From IMG/VR virus record IMGVR_UViG_3300026097_000015, positions 37,545 to 101,544 of that record: a stretch of DNA of 64,000 nt; one strand, written 5' to 3'. Of the stretch, positions 1-11,980 are shown piece by piece. Made by a program: the position numbers and the translations under genes. The notes under the pieces were generated by a model. That model saw nothing but the letters and a program-made list of their open reading frames with translations. It did not search any database and was not told the DNA's origin. The stretch comes from a virus. Each line of letters opens with the position of its first letter. Within the stretch, counting starts at the first letter, position 1.

Positions 1-1
1 C

Positions 2-2817
<2,816 letters not shown>

Positions 2818-2819
2818 CA

Positions 2820-2848
2820 TTGACATCTGAATTAATAAGTTGTACAAT
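2820..2848 (+). promoter_or_regulatory. SigA-type promoter for the tRNA cluster
   Basis: TTGACA-N17-TACAAT, 10 nt upstream of the first tRNA. Confidence 0.8.
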
Positions 2849-2858
2849 GGTATAGTAG

Positions 2859-2930
2859 TCCCCCTTAGCTCAGCGGCAGAGCAGAGAGCTGTTAACTCTA
2901 AGGTCCGTGGTTCGAATCCACGAGGGGGAG
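2859..2930 (+). tRNA. tRNA-Asn(GTT)
   Basis: Acceptor TCCCCCT/AGGGGGA, anticodon loop CT-GTT-AA, GGTTCGAATCC T-arm. Confidence 0.95.
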
Positions 2931-3003
2931 CGGAGACTAAAATCTCCTCTGTACACACTAGCATGACTCATAAGAACCATTCACATAGTCACTGTACAGG
3001 TTT

Positions 3004-3074
3004 GCGACTATTGCATAAGGGTAGTGCGTAACCTTGCCAAGGTTAATGTGCGAGTTCGAGTCTCGCTAGTCGCT
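3004..3074 (+). tRNA. tRNA-Gly(GCC)
   Basis: Acceptor GCGACTA/TAGTCGC, anticodon arm TAACC-TT-GCC-AA-GGTTA, GTTCGAG T-loop. Confidence 0.92.
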
Positions 3075-3078
3075 CAAA

Positions 3079-3152
3079 GGTCTCGTAGCTCAGTTGGTTA
3101 GAGTGCCGCCCTGTCACGGCGGAGGTCGCCAGTTCAAGTCTGGTCGGGATCG
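3079..3152 (+). tRNA. tRNA-Asp(GTC)
   Basis: Acceptor GGTCTCG/CGGGATC, anticodon arm CCGCC-CT-GTC-AC-GGCGG. Confidence 0.95.
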
Positions 3153-3156
3153 CAGT

Positions 3157-3228
3157 GCCCTCTTAGCTCAGTGGTAGAGCAACGCACTTGTAATGCGTAG
3201 GCCATCGGTTCAAATCCGATAGAGGGCT
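3157..3228 (+). tRNA. tRNA-Thr(TGT)
   Basis: Acceptor GCCCTCT/AGAGGGC, anticodon arm ACGCA-CT-TGT-AA-TGCGT. Confidence 0.95.
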
Positions 3229-3254
3229 CTGATATAATAGTCTTAAGGAGAAAA

Positions 3255-4094
3255 ATGAGAAGAAGACTTGATTGGAAGCCAAATTTTGATGAGCGTTCCA
3301 AGGGATTTGGAGTAGGGAGCCTTGTCTCCCAACAGCCAGTAGACATTACTAAGCCAACAATTTGGCAACATGGCACGGTTTTAGATCAAGGTGCCGAGGG
3401 TGCCTGCGTGGGTTTTGCATGGACTGGTGCTACAATTGCTAAACCTATGCCCCCAGAAACACAGCCAGAGTTTGCACAAGGTAATTCATTCGCAATTAAT
3501 CTTTACAAAGAGGCACAAAAGATAGACCCATGGCCAGGGGAAAACTATAGCGGAACATCTGTTCTTGCAGGTGCAAAGATTGCTAAAGAAAAAGGAATCA
3601 TTGATGAATATCGATGGTGTTTTAGTATAGAAGAGTTAAGAGACGCAGTGATTAATGTCGGCCCAGTCGTAATTGGGGTCAATTGGTACAAAGATATGTA
3701 TTCCACTGATAACAACGGAATCGTTAAGGTTGCAGGAGATCACGTAGGTGGTCATGCAATTATGGTTACTGGCTTTATTCCAGATTATAATGTAAATAAC
3801 TTGTCTACACCAGTTTTTGAGTGGGTAAATTCCTGGGGACCTGGATATGGCAAGGGTGGTAGGGGATACATAACCTACAAGGATATGGAAAGACTAATAG
3901 AAGAACGTGCAGAGATGTGCGTTCCTATTAAAAAGAATACTCCAGTATTGTTTGGAACAAACCCAGAGCCAAAAAAGGAACCAAAAAAAGAAAAACAGGA
4001 TACAAAGCCAATCCAGGTAAATCCTAGCCAGATCAATCACTTGATTGCTGGTTTGATTAGAATCATTCAAAACATATTCAAAGGTAAGAGTTAA
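3255..4094 (+). CDS. Papain-like (C1 family) cysteine peptidase
   Basis: DQGxxGACVGFA (catalytic Q/C), GGHAI (His), NSWG (Asn). Confidence 0.85.
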   Translation: MRRRLDWKPNFDERSKGFGVGSLVSQQPVDITKPTIWQHGTVLDQGAEGACVGFAWTGATIAKPMPPETQPEFAQGNSFAINLYKEAQKIDPWPGENYSGTSVLAGAKIAKEKGIIDEYRWCFSIEELRDAVINVGPVVIGVNWYKDMYSTDNNGIVKVAGDHVGGHAIMVTGFIPDYNVNNLSTPVFEWVNSWGPGYGKGGRGYITYKDMERLIEERAEMCVPIKKNTPVLFGTNPEPKKEPKKEKQDTKPIQVNPSQINHLIAGLIRIIQNIFKGKS

Positions 4095-5071
4095 TGTCAA
4101 TTATTTATCCAATAAAGGGTAGTCTTAACCGAAGCTTTAAGATTACGTCCCCTTTCGGACCAAGAGTTCATCCCATTTCAGGAAAACGCAGTAATCATAA
4201 CGGCGTTGATCTAATCAGAAAAGACGGGAAACCTAACGAGCCTATCCTTGCACCAGAGGCTGGAAAAATTTTAACTGCACGTAAGTCAAACCACCCTACA
4301 GGCGGGTACGGATACTACGTAAAGATGCAGGGTAAGAGTGGGGTTGTTCATCTTATGGCACATCTGGTAAAAGGTAGCCTACGGATAAAGAGCGGAGATG
4401 TAGTAGAGCAGGGAGATGTCCTCGGATTGATGGGAACTACTGGCAATTCTACTGGAGTTCACTTGCATTGGGAAGTAAGGATAAACGGTAAGTTCGTAGA
4501 CCCAATTAAATGGATTCAAAATAATGGAGAGCCAGACCTTCCTAACGATTTTGCTGCCTGGACCAAAAAGCAGGGAGACAAGTCGGCATCTGTTCATATC
4601 AAAAATGCACCCAAAGGCTCTAAGGTTGTGGTCAAACATAATGAGGTTACCGTATTTCTTAAAACTGTTAGACTTAAAAAGCATTCTGGTTTGGGGACAA
4701 GCATTGATCTTCAACAAGGCAAGAACGTTATAGAAATTTTTGTAGATGGTTTTAGAGTAAAAAGAACTGCTTACACACGAAAATCAAATTCAGGGGGTAC
4801 TATCATACCACCTAAAGATGACAAAGGCTCCAAGGATGTAGTCTGGGAGCCTGCAACACCTGAATACAGGCACGATAAGATGGAAAGAGAGGGGCAGCTT
4901 CCTAAGGTTAGGAATAGGTCCGATAAAACTCATATCGTTAAGTCAGGAGAAAACTTAACATCTATTGCAAAACAATACAATTCTACTGTGCCTAAAATAA
5001 AAAAGCATAACAATATAAAGAATGCCAATTTAATTAGAATTGGTCAAATCATCAAGATACCACAGGAGTAA
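4094..5071 (+). CDS. Endolysin: M23 peptidase with C-terminal LysM domain
   Basis: HNGVD and HLHWE zinc motifs; HIVKSGENLTSIAKQY...NLIRIGQIIKIP LysM. Confidence 0.9.
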   Translation: MSIIYPIKGSLNRSFKITSPFGPRVHPISGKRSNHNGVDLIRKDGKPNEPILAPEAGKILTARKSNHPTGGYGYYVKMQGKSGVVHLMAHLVKGSLRIKSGDVVEQGDVLGLMGTTGNSTGVHLHWEVRINGKFVDPIKWIQNNGEPDLPNDFAAWTKKQGDKSASVHIKNAPKGSKVVVKHNEVTVFLKTVRLKKHSGLGTSIDLQQGKNVIEIFVDGFRVKRTAYTRKSNSGGTIIPPKDDKGSKDVVWEPATPEYRHDKMEREGQLPKVRNRSDKTHIVKSGENLTSIAKQYNSTVPKIKKHNNIKNANLIRIGQIIKIPQE

Positions 5072-5074
5072 ACG

Positions 5075-5428
5075 ATGGCTAGAAAAAGAAAAAATGAACT
5101 ACAGAAATGGCTAGGCAAATTAAAGGTAGACATAAAGAAACCTTTTGACTGGCTTTTCTTTATGGGTGGCGAGAAGATCCCCGAGGATAGCCCAGGCCCT
5201 TCCTGGAAGTTCCGCAGAAAGCTAATCTTTGGTGCGTACAGACTAAGTGTAGCTATGATTATCTTTGGAGCTGTAACATTTTTCTACGATACTAATGTAT
5301 CAAACAACTTAGTAACTGGTGGAATTGCCATACTGACAATTATTATTGGTGCATACACCGCAACTGCCACATGGCAGGACATTAAGATGTATAATAGTAA
5401 TAAAGATTCATATGAAAATATGGAATAA
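5075..5428 (+). CDS. Two-TM membrane protein in lysis cassette (holin/antiholin-like)
   Basis: Two hydrophobic helices; lies between lysin and holin. Confidence 0.6.
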   Translation: MARKRKNELQKWLGKLKVDIKKPFDWLFFMGGEKIPEDSPGPSWKFRRKLIFGAYRLSVAMIIFGAVTFFYDTNVSNNLVTGGIAILTIIIGAYTATATWQDIKMYNSNKDSYENME

Positions 5429-5447
5429 ATAAAATAAGGAGACATAT

Positions 5448-5693
5448 ATGTTATCAAGTCCGAAATGGTGGGGTCTGGCACTAGAGCGTGCAATCCGTAC
5501 CCTGGCACAAACAGCAATTGCTACCATTACAGCAGGAACAGCTGTAGGAGCTCTACAGGTAGATTGGGTTAATGTTGCTAGCGTAGCTGGTTTAGCAGGT
5601 ATCCTTTCTATCCTTACTTCAATTGCATTCCCCTCAAAGGAAATGAAAGAAGTCAAGATTGAAGCAGCAAAGCTGGAGGCTGAAAAGAAGTAA
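5448..5693 (+). CDS. Holin, r1t-like
   Basis: ERAIRTLAQTAIA...VDW...SILTSIA signature. Confidence 0.85.
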   Translation: MLSSPKWWGLALERAIRTLAQTAIATITAGTAVGALQVDWVNVASVAGLAGILSILTSIAFPSKEMKEVKIEAAKLEAEKK

Positions 5694-5872
5694 TGCCCAC
5701 TTATGAATATAAGTGTTCTACCTGCGATACCCCGTACAACAAAGTACGGGGTATTTCAGAAGCAGAGCCAGAGTACTACTGTGAGACTTGCAATAAACAA
5801 CTTTTGCGTGTATACTCGAAACCTGTTGTTAGTTTTTCAGGCAGCGGATTTTACAGCACAGATAAAAAATAG
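5693..5872 (+). CDS. FmdB-family zinc-ribbon protein (59 aa, missing from ORF track)
   Basis: Manual translation MPTYEYKCSTC...YYCETC...VSFSGSGFYSTDKK. Confidence 0.85.
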   Translation: MPTYEYKCSTCDTPYNKVRGISEAEPEYYCETCNKQLLRVYSKPVVSFSGSGFYSTDKK

Positions 5873-5880
5873 GAGATACC

Positions 5881-6138
5881 TTGGCAAGACCTTTAGCAGG
5901 TAATAAACCAGAAGTAGAGGAGTGGACCCCCAATGCTCTCGATAGATGTGACTATGAGTGTCCAGCTCAGGCCATGGTTAAGGCTACAGGAATGTATGGA
6001 GAGCTAATGTTTTGCCATCATCATTACAATCAAATCTCTAACAGCAACTCTAAAAGCAATAAGCTTAAAGCATTTGCATTTGATGTGCAAGATAAGAGTA
6101 GCGTTCTAGAAGTTAATCGGCTGAAAGAAGATTCATGA
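5881..6138 (+). CDS. Small Cys/His zinc-binding hypothetical protein
   Basis: DRCDYEC...LMFCHHH; AGGAG SD before TTG. Confidence 0.7.
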   Translation: MARPLAGNKPEVEEWTPNALDRCDYECPAQAMVKATGMYGELMFCHHHYNQISNSNSKSNKLKAFAFDVQDKSSVLEVNRLKEDS

Positions 6139-6476
6139 TGAGCGAAAAAGATCCCAAAGAAGAGTGGTTCGAGAACATGATTCTTGAAGGTGTAGTTGAG
6201 TTTTCGGGTATTGACGAAGAAACTGGAGAGATGCTGTATAACTTTTCTCCAGACGTAATAGAGAAGCATCCAGATGTTTTTGAAAGGATGGTAGCTGAAA
6301 TTCAAAAAGAAATATACGTGCTTTGGGAGAAGGGCTTTTTATCCATGAACATAGCGGATGAAAATCCTTTGGTACAAATTACCCCCAAGGCTTTAGACGC
6401 AGATGCAATTAAGATAGAGCTTACACGTGATGAGCAAAGAAGTCTAGAGCTCATAATGATGTACATGTCTACCTAA
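6135..6476 (+). CDS. Hypothetical protein
   Basis: Coupled ORF in operon. Confidence 0.75.
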   Translation: MMSEKDPKEEWFENMILEGVVEFSGIDEETGEMLYNFSPDVIEKHPDVFERMVAEIQKEIYVLWEKGFLSMNIADENPLVQITPKALDADAIKIELTRDEQRSLELIMMYMST

Positions 6477-6502
6477 TGATATAATTGTAGGAGGAGGGCT
6501 TT

Positions 6503-6940
6503 ATGGACTTTTTTGCAGGATCTTTAATAACTTTGTTAGTCTCTGCCGTTGTGTACAGGCTAATAGTTAAAGAACGTAAAAGTCTAAGCTTCTTCGCACC
6601 TAAGTATACCCAAAGTTATAATTATATACTTTTAAAACCCATTCTTGGAGATCACCCTGTCTATGACGTGATTAATGAAAAAATGCGGACACAGGCAACA
6701 GATCATTTTGATTCAAAGCATATCAGGATGGTAATTATGGACGATTACGCTTACTGGATTAGGAACAATGTTTTGGTGTGTGCGGAGCTGAATGAAGAAG
6801 GCTTTGATGAAAAAACTACAAAAGAGGTTGACATAATGGGTATGGATAAGGTAGAATTGAACAAGATGATTACGGTTGTCGATAAGCTGACGGAGGGAAA
6901 CAAACATGATGGTGGGAGTCCAGGGGACAAAAAGTTTTGA
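6503..6940 (+). CDS. Membrane-anchored hypothetical protein
   Basis: N-terminal TM helix; TGATATAAT promoter (6477) and AGGAG SD. Confidence 0.75.
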   Translation: MDFFAGSLITLLVSAVVYRLIVKERKSLSFFAPKYTQSYNYILLKPILGDHPVYDVINEKMRTQATDHFDSKHIRMVIMDDYAYWIRNNVLVCAELNEEGFDEKTTKEVDIMGMDKVELNKMITVVDKLTEGNKHDGGSPGDKKF

Positions 6941-7256
6941 TGACTATCAAATAGTCTTAAGAGCAATGCACACCGCCTTATCTGACAAACCAGAAAGCGA
7001 TTCAGAGTTTTTTGTGTATTCTGCAGGTCCAGCAAACATTAATCAAATGGTAAAAGAATTTGTTAATGTTACGGAGAGAAGTATGAAGGGGTATGGCATT
7101 AAATCCAAGTATACTCTAGTTCCCCCTAGCTGGATAGAAGAAAACATAGTAGATTTTTCTTATATTGTATACCTTTCTAAGCCTGGCGAGAGAACGTCTA
7201 GCTTGGTAGAGGTTGCAGAAGAAAATAACATAGACGTGGGTATATACAGATACTAG
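6906..7256 (+). CDS. SLOG/YspA-like nucleotide-binding fold protein (tentative)
   Basis: N-terminal VGVQGTKSFDDY resembles the SLOG GSR.f.dy start. Confidence 0.45.
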   Translation: MMVGVQGTKSFDDYQIVLRAMHTALSDKPESDSEFFVYSAGPANINQMVKEFVNVTERSMKGYGIKSKYTLVPPSWIEENIVDFSYIVYLSKPGERTSSLVEVAEENNIDVGIYRY

Positions 7257-7265
7257 GAGTTAAAG

Positions 7266-7475
7266 ATGCTAATTAAATCTTTAAACAGCATGGAAAAAAT
7301 AGTTAGTCAAAACAAAGCCCTAGGCTGGGATGGATGGAGTGTTACAGACAGCAAGCCCTCCCCAACAGCTTGGAGATCTAAAGACGGAGTATACGTTAAT
7401 GGTCAGTGGTTCCTCCAGAGAAGGTACGAAATCACTCCTGATGGATGGCATATCCCTCGAAAATTTGTGAGGTAG
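7266..7475 (+). CDS. Hypothetical protein (Trp-rich)
   Basis: ORF with AGGAG SD. Confidence 0.7.
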   Translation: MLIKSLNSMEKIVSQNKALGWDGWSVTDSKPSPTAWRSKDGVYVNGQWFLQRRYEITPDGWHIPRKFVR

Positions 7476-7479
7476 CACA

Positions 7480-7767
7480 TTGGAAAACGAAGACTGGAAG
7501 AGGTCTGCGTCTTGCTTAAACTACGAAACAAATCTATTTTTTGATGAATATGAAGAAAATGAAAACCTTAGACCTGCCATCGATAAGATATGTTCGGACT
7601 GTCCCGTAGCAAGGCAATGCTTTGCTGTAGGGGTTTCCCAAAAAGAGTGGGGAGTTTGGGGAGGAATATTTCTTGAAAATGGCAAAATTAACAGAGAGTT
7701 TAATAGGCACAAAGCAAAGCAAGACTGGGCAAAAACATGGCAGTATTTAACAATTGATAAGAAGTAG
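7480..7767 (+). CDS. whiB: WhiB-family Fe-S transcription factor
   Basis: C...FF...CxxCPV..C and GVWGG motifs. Confidence 0.9.
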   Translation: MENEDWKRSASCLNYETNLFFDEYEENENLRPAIDKICSDCPVARQCFAVGVSQKEWGVWGGIFLENGKINREFNRHKAKQDWAKTWQYLTIDKK

Positions 7768-7868
7768 GGTATGAACGAGATATTTTTTCAGATAGCGGTT
7801 CTAGCAGGTGTTTGGAGTAACGTCACCTTGGGAGTAATTGCTTTGCGTGATAGGAGAAAAAAGAAATA

Positions 7869-8111
7869 ATGTACAATCTTGAAATGAAAAAAGCAGTCCA
7901 TTCTTTGGACACGTACAAGCCAAAAAACTTTGGAGTTGTCATTGTAGATAATGATCAGTTCCTTACCGTAAAAGCACCTGAGAAAAACTTTAATCAGTTG
8001 CTTGACGAAGACAAGCGTCGTGCGGTAGAATATATGGTAAGGGTAAAGTCTGCCCTGGAAGATCTAGGAGCAATAGTTTTGCTCGTAAGGGAAGGTGGCG
8101 AAGATGTCTGA
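7869..8111 (+). CDS. Hypothetical protein
   Basis: ORF in operon. Confidence 0.7.
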   Translation: MYNLEMKKAVHSLDTYKPKNFGVVIVDNDQFLTVKAPEKNFNQLLDEDKRRAVEYMVRVKSALEDLGAIVLLVREGGEDV

Positions 8112-8268
8112 TAGCTTTGAGATTACAGAAGATCAGCGAAAAGTTGCTAACGCATTGATAACCGAGGGTATGAGGATTGAGCGTGAAAGAATTCTTAACG
8201 TTATTAATGCCAACAAAACAAAAACAATATCAATTAGCAAGCTAAACAAACTTATTTCGGAGAACTAA
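8104..8268 (+). CDS. Small hypothetical protein (EGxxxERERI motif; missing from ORF track)
   Basis: Manual translation MSDSFEITEDQ...EGMRIERERILNVIN; fills the gap exactly. Confidence 0.65.
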   Translation: MSDSFEITEDQRKVANALITEGMRIERERILNVINANKTKTISISKLNKLISEN

Positions 8269-8670
8269 TTGTCATTTTTAGAAATACTAGTAGCTGCCCT
8301 AATCGTAATTGCATTTGGGGGCATAGTATCCTATACCGTACATTTAAAGTATAAAAATGTAAAGCTTGCAAGCGGCATGGTCCAAGCCGTTGTGGACAAA
8401 AACACTATTAAGAAACAGCTGGAAGATCTAGTATCTAATAAAACTGTTAAAGATATAGAAGAGACAGATGGGTTCTTAAAGTTTTTGTCAGAGTCAAGAG
8501 ACTCTGCCTTTGAATATATTGAAGACGTACAGAAAACACTCTATTTGTTTAAAGATAATATGGAGCCTATTGTAGAAGCGTATAGAGACTCTGGTACTGC
8601 CCCAGAGCATATGAGGCAGGTCGTAAAGGCTTATGATGAGGTTGTAAGCCTGTTGCCAGCAGACGAATAA
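8269..8670 (+). CDS. Membrane-anchored hypothetical protein
   Basis: N-terminal TM helix followed by coiled coil. Confidence 0.7.
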   Translation: MSFLEILVAALIVIAFGGIVSYTVHLKYKNVKLASGMVQAVVDKNTIKKQLEDLVSNKTVKDIEETDGFLKFLSESRDSAFEYIEDVQKTLYLFKDNMEPIVEAYRDSGTAPEHMRQVVKAYDEVVSLLPADE

Positions 8671-8736
8671 TCTGCTATAATATATTTGCTCGCCTAAATA
8701 GGGGGCATGAAACTCGCTTAACACAAGGAGGAAAAT

Positions 8737-9144
8737 ATGATGATGTCTATTGTAGACCCATTCGAAACATTTGGTCGGGAATTCGACAGAATGTTTCCAA
8801 GTAAAGTAACAGCAACAGCTAAGCCTAGCTACCCACCATACAATCTAATTGAGTGGAGTCCAGAGCAGTTTACCCTGGAATTTGCGGTAGCTGGATTTGA
8901 TCAAGAACAAATTGATATCTCTGTAGAAAAGGGTATCCTAATCGTCAAAGGCGAACAGGAAGAAGAGGCAGGGGAAATCAACTATCTACATAAGGGTATT
9001 GCAGCTCGAAAGTTCGTAAGGAAGTTTGAGCTACCTGAATATGTGGAGGTATCAGAGGCTAGTCTCACTAACGGAATTTTGTCTATTGAATTAGTTAAAG
9101 AAATTCCAGAGGAAGAGAAGCCGAAGAAAATTACAATTAAATAA
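8737..9144 (+). CDS. Small heat-shock protein (Hsp20/IbpA-like)
   Basis: SYPPYN, AVAGF, YLHKGIAARKF, NGILSI. Confidence 0.93.
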   Translation: MMMSIVDPFETFGREFDRMFPSKVTATAKPSYPPYNLIEWSPEQFTLEFAVAGFDQEQIDISVEKGILIVKGEQEEEAGEINYLHKGIAARKFVRKFELPEYVEVSEASLTNGILSIELVKEIPEEEKPKKITIK

Positions 9145-9159
9145 GTTATAATATAGTTA

Positions 9160-9249
9160 GGTCCCCACACGGACTTTAGGATGGAATTAGTTACTCTTTC
9201 TATATACGGCCATCGTGCGGTATTTCGTTGTGTGGGGATCTTTCTTTTT
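9160..9249 (+). ncRNA. Candidate structured small RNA
   Basis: TATAAT at 9147-9152; closing stem GTCCCCACAC/GTGTGGGGAT; inner GATGG/CCATC; T-tract. Confidence 0.5.
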
Positions 9250-9265
9250 ATGATAGAATAGTATT

Positions 9266-10540
9266 ATGCCATATTCAATAGGAGAGCGTGGAAGCTACGG
9301 ATGTAGTGGATACCCAGTAATCAAAGATGATGACAACACCGTGATGGGATGTCACCCAACAATGGCTGAAGCTCGGAATCAAATTACAGCAATCAACATG
9401 AGCGAATCTGAGCAAGGCAAGAAAAGAATTCCGTCAGGAGTAGAAGGTTTTGAATCTGCATCTGCGGAGCCATCAGTGCTTGATAGACAAGCCTACGAGG
9501 AAAAAGAAGTTCTCACGTCAGGCGGAGGGGTAGGAATTAAGAATCCACAAGCCTGGCCAGGAACAGAAATAGAATACAGAAAGCCAAATCTAGTGCATAA
9601 AAATCATATAAAAGAAGGTGACTTCGTAATGGGAATGACCGTAGAGGGAATTGCTCACGGTCGTGTAGAGCATATCATGTGGGAAGGTGGAGTTTTGGGT
9701 GAGCCAGGAACAGAATACGCCTTAGAATCAATGCCTCCAGAAAACCCAGCTATGTCCGTAAGGGTCTATGAGTATGACGAAGACGGATCTTGGGAGGCAA
9801 CCCCATACAGTATTGGAATGATGTTCCAGGATGCACAGATACTAGATAGCTTAGATAATCATGAAATGCCAGAAAGTATGCAAGATGATATGATCGAAAT
9901 GTCTAAGGCAGAAACTTACTCTCCTAACGATGGCATGAAGGCCGCAGCTAGAAGAGCACTAAAGTGGAAAGAAGAAGGAAAGGCCACTGGGGCAGGGACA
10001 CCCGTCGGATGGGGTAGGGCCACAGATATCGTAGCAGGGAGATCCATGTCACTTAGTGTTGTGAAAAGGATGTTTTCGTTTTTTTCTAGACACGAGAAGG
10101 CTTCTAAAGGTGCAGAAGGATTCCGTTCAGGGGAAGAAGGATACCCATCTAATGGTAGAATTATGTGGGACGCATGGGGAGGGGACGCAGGATTTTCTTG
10201 GTCCCGTGCAATAGTAAACAGAGAAAAGGATAAGGCATTGTTCGGAGATATATTTAAAGGGCCTATTGGAAAAATGCCCAGTAGAAATTACGCAGACTGG
10301 TTTATGAAAGCAGAAGAGCCAAAGGTTGGAGACATGGTCTCATGGAATAGTTCTGGGGGTAGAGCTAAGGGAAAGATTACCAGAATCCTTCGCAGTGGAT
10401 CTTACAGCCCTCCAGGGACCGATGTAACCATTACAGCTAGTGAGGAAGAGCCAGCAGCAGTTATTAGATTGTACAATGGGGATGAGCCTACTGATCAAAT
10501 GGTAGGGCACAAGCTTAAGACGCTTCGCCGTCTTCCATAA
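9266..10540 (+). CDS. Multidomain phage protein with C-terminal DUF2945/Tudor-like domain
   Basis: KVGDMVSWNSSGGRAKGKI; central RMFSFFSRHE...WDAWGGDAG domain resembling those attached to head-morphogenesis proteins. Confidence 0.55.
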   Translation: MPYSIGERGSYGCSGYPVIKDDDNTVMGCHPTMAEARNQITAINMSESEQGKKRIPSGVEGFESASAEPSVLDRQAYEEKEVLTSGGGVGIKNPQAWPGTEIEYRKPNLVHKNHIKEGDFVMGMTVEGIAHGRVEHIMWEGGVLGEPGTEYALESMPPENPAMSVRVYEYDEDGSWEATPYSIGMMFQDAQILDSLDNHEMPESMQDDMIEMSKAETYSPNDGMKAAARRALKWKEEGKATGAGTPVGWGRATDIVAGRSMSLSVVKRMFSFFSRHEKASKGAEGFRSGEEGYPSNGRIMWDAWGGDAGFSWSRAIVNREKDKALFGDIFKGPIGKMPSRNYADWFMKAEEPKVGDMVSWNSSGGRAKGKITRILRSGSYSPPGTDVTITASEEEPAAVIRLYNGDEPTDQMVGHKLKTLRRLP

Positions 10541-10676
10541 TAAGAGCTACAATCTCTTCAGTATACTTTTCATAGTCTATTTCTAAGATAAAGTTTTCTT
10601 TATCTATTTTATGTAGCTTAGACTCTTGACCTATAGCAAACAGTATTTCTCGAATGCTGTCTTTTAATTCTTTCAA
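10515..10676 (-). CDS. Small hypothetical protein (53 aa, missing from ORF track)
   Basis: TTG start overlaps the stop of the HNH gene; open frame LKELKDSIREILF... Confidence 0.5.
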   Translation of the reverse strand: MKELKDSIREILFAIGQESKLHKIDKENFILEIDYEKYTEEIVALIMEDGEAS

Positions 10677-10951
10677 GCTGCTTCTTGTTCCCTTTGATAT
10701 GTTCTAATTTTATGACAATTGGCACAAACGACGTCGCACTTTGCAACCTCGGCCCATGCCATCTGCTCTCCGTAATTTCTTAATACCCTGTAGACACCAT
10801 CAAGCTTTTTGAATTCTGGCTTGTGATCAAACTCTAAAACATAATGAGGAAATTTATTTCTGCAGTCTTTGCAGCCAGATTTTTCTTTATAGAAATGTAG
10901 GTCACGCAACACCGCAGCCATGGCTTTACGATGTTTCGCTGTTTTGACCAT
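10673..10951 (-). CDS. Small HNH endonuclease-like protein
   Basis: CxxC...LEFDH...KCDVVCANCH. Confidence 0.75.
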   Translation of the reverse strand: MVKTAKHRKAMAAVLRDLHFYKEKSGCKDCRNKFPHYVLEFDHKPEFKKLDGVYRVLRNYGEQMAWAEVAKCDVVCANCHKIRTYQREQEAA

Positions 10952-11580
10952 TATTCTGCAATAACCTCTTCAGGCTTAACTGCTTTAGCAAACACAACAC
11001 GGCTTGCCATTTTACTAGATGCAATGATAGCCAGAGGAGCTGCTACTCCAAGGATGGTTCCAGCCCACATGCGTGGCTCTGTCCATGCCCAGTTCCAATA
11101 ATCAAAGGTGTGAAACGCATTTGCAACAACTGCTAGGCCACCGAAGGCAATCATTCCTACTAAAGATCCCATAGTTTTTTCGGGCATACCATTTTCAGAA
11201 ACTCTTGAGGCAAGAACGAGGTATGCCACCAAGAAAAGAAGATACATTAATTCAATAAAGAAAAAGAATAGCCCTGCCATCCAGTCTTGAGAAAGCCCTA
11301 CAAAGACAGCAACAGATGTGATGCCATTAAAAGATACAATGGCAGAAGCTACGAAGGCTAGGGCAATTCCTATTAGCCATGACCAAAGAACTATCTTCTG
11401 GTCTACCTGAATCTTAGGAGCTCTCTTTAGCTCTTGAGCCTCATACTTTTCTCTGTTGCTCTTCTCAAGCCTTAGCTTAGACTCCTGCTTCTCAACTTCA
11501 TTGTTTTTAGAAGCATTCTGCTTTTGCCTCTGCTCAATTATTCTCTGTCTGTTAGGGCTAAGCCCTCCTGGATTACTCAT
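10951..11580 (-). CDS. Four-TM membrane protein (DUF2637-like)
   Basis: Four hydrophobic helices, ANAFH and APLAI motifs. Confidence 0.6.
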   Translation of the reverse strand: MSNPGGLSPNRQRIIEQRQKQNASKNNEVEKQESKLRLEKSNREKYEAQELKRAPKIQVDQKIVLWSWLIGIALAFVASAIVSFNGITSVAVFVGLSQDWMAGLFFFFIELMYLLFLVAYLVLASRVSENGMPEKTMGSLVGMIAFGGLAVVANAFHTFDYWNWAWTEPRMWAGTILGVAAPLAIIASSKMASRVVFAKAVKPEEVIAE

Positions 11581-11607
11581 ATTAAATAATTATACCATAA
11601 TTAGGGG

Positions 11608-11868
11608 TTAAGAAGCTGCTTCGTAATGCTCTGCATCTAGCTCTTCTTTTAAAATTGATATGATCTCTTTGATTGTTCTGCGAATAACCGTCTTGTCAGT
11701 TCTACCATCACCAATTTTCCAGGGAATAGAATTAAGTTTATTTTCTAAAAGCTTAACTATTCTTTCTTTTTCTCGTATAGATCCTTCATTCAGAATGTCG
11801 TTTATATCAATTACTTGTTCGTCAATATCTGAGTTACTATGTAGGTCAAGAATATCGTAGTCTTTCAT
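11608..11868 (-). CDS. Hypothetical protein (EGxxxEKERI motif)
   Basis: ORF with GGGAG SD. Confidence 0.7.
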   Translation of the reverse strand: MKDYDILDLHSNSDIDEQVIDINDILNEGSIREKERIVKLLENKLNSIPWKIGDGRTDKTVIRRTIKEIISILKEELDAEHYEAAS

Positions 11869-11980
11869 AACTACTCCCTTCGTATTGAATTATATTAGAA
11901 CAATTATACGCCATAATTGATATCAATGTATAAAAAAGAGCTAGACATATAATGCCTAGCCCTTTAATAATAAAACTATT

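Noticed and set aside
2949-2999. Degenerate tRNA(CAT) between tRNA-Asn and tRNA-Gly
   Set aside because: It has a CTGTACA/TGTACAG stem and GACTCATAA but no D- or T-arm; only a spacer hairpin can be supported
5703-5903. 66-aa ORF from the track
   Set aside because: The overlapping frame 5693..5872 encodes a clear FmdB zinc ribbon
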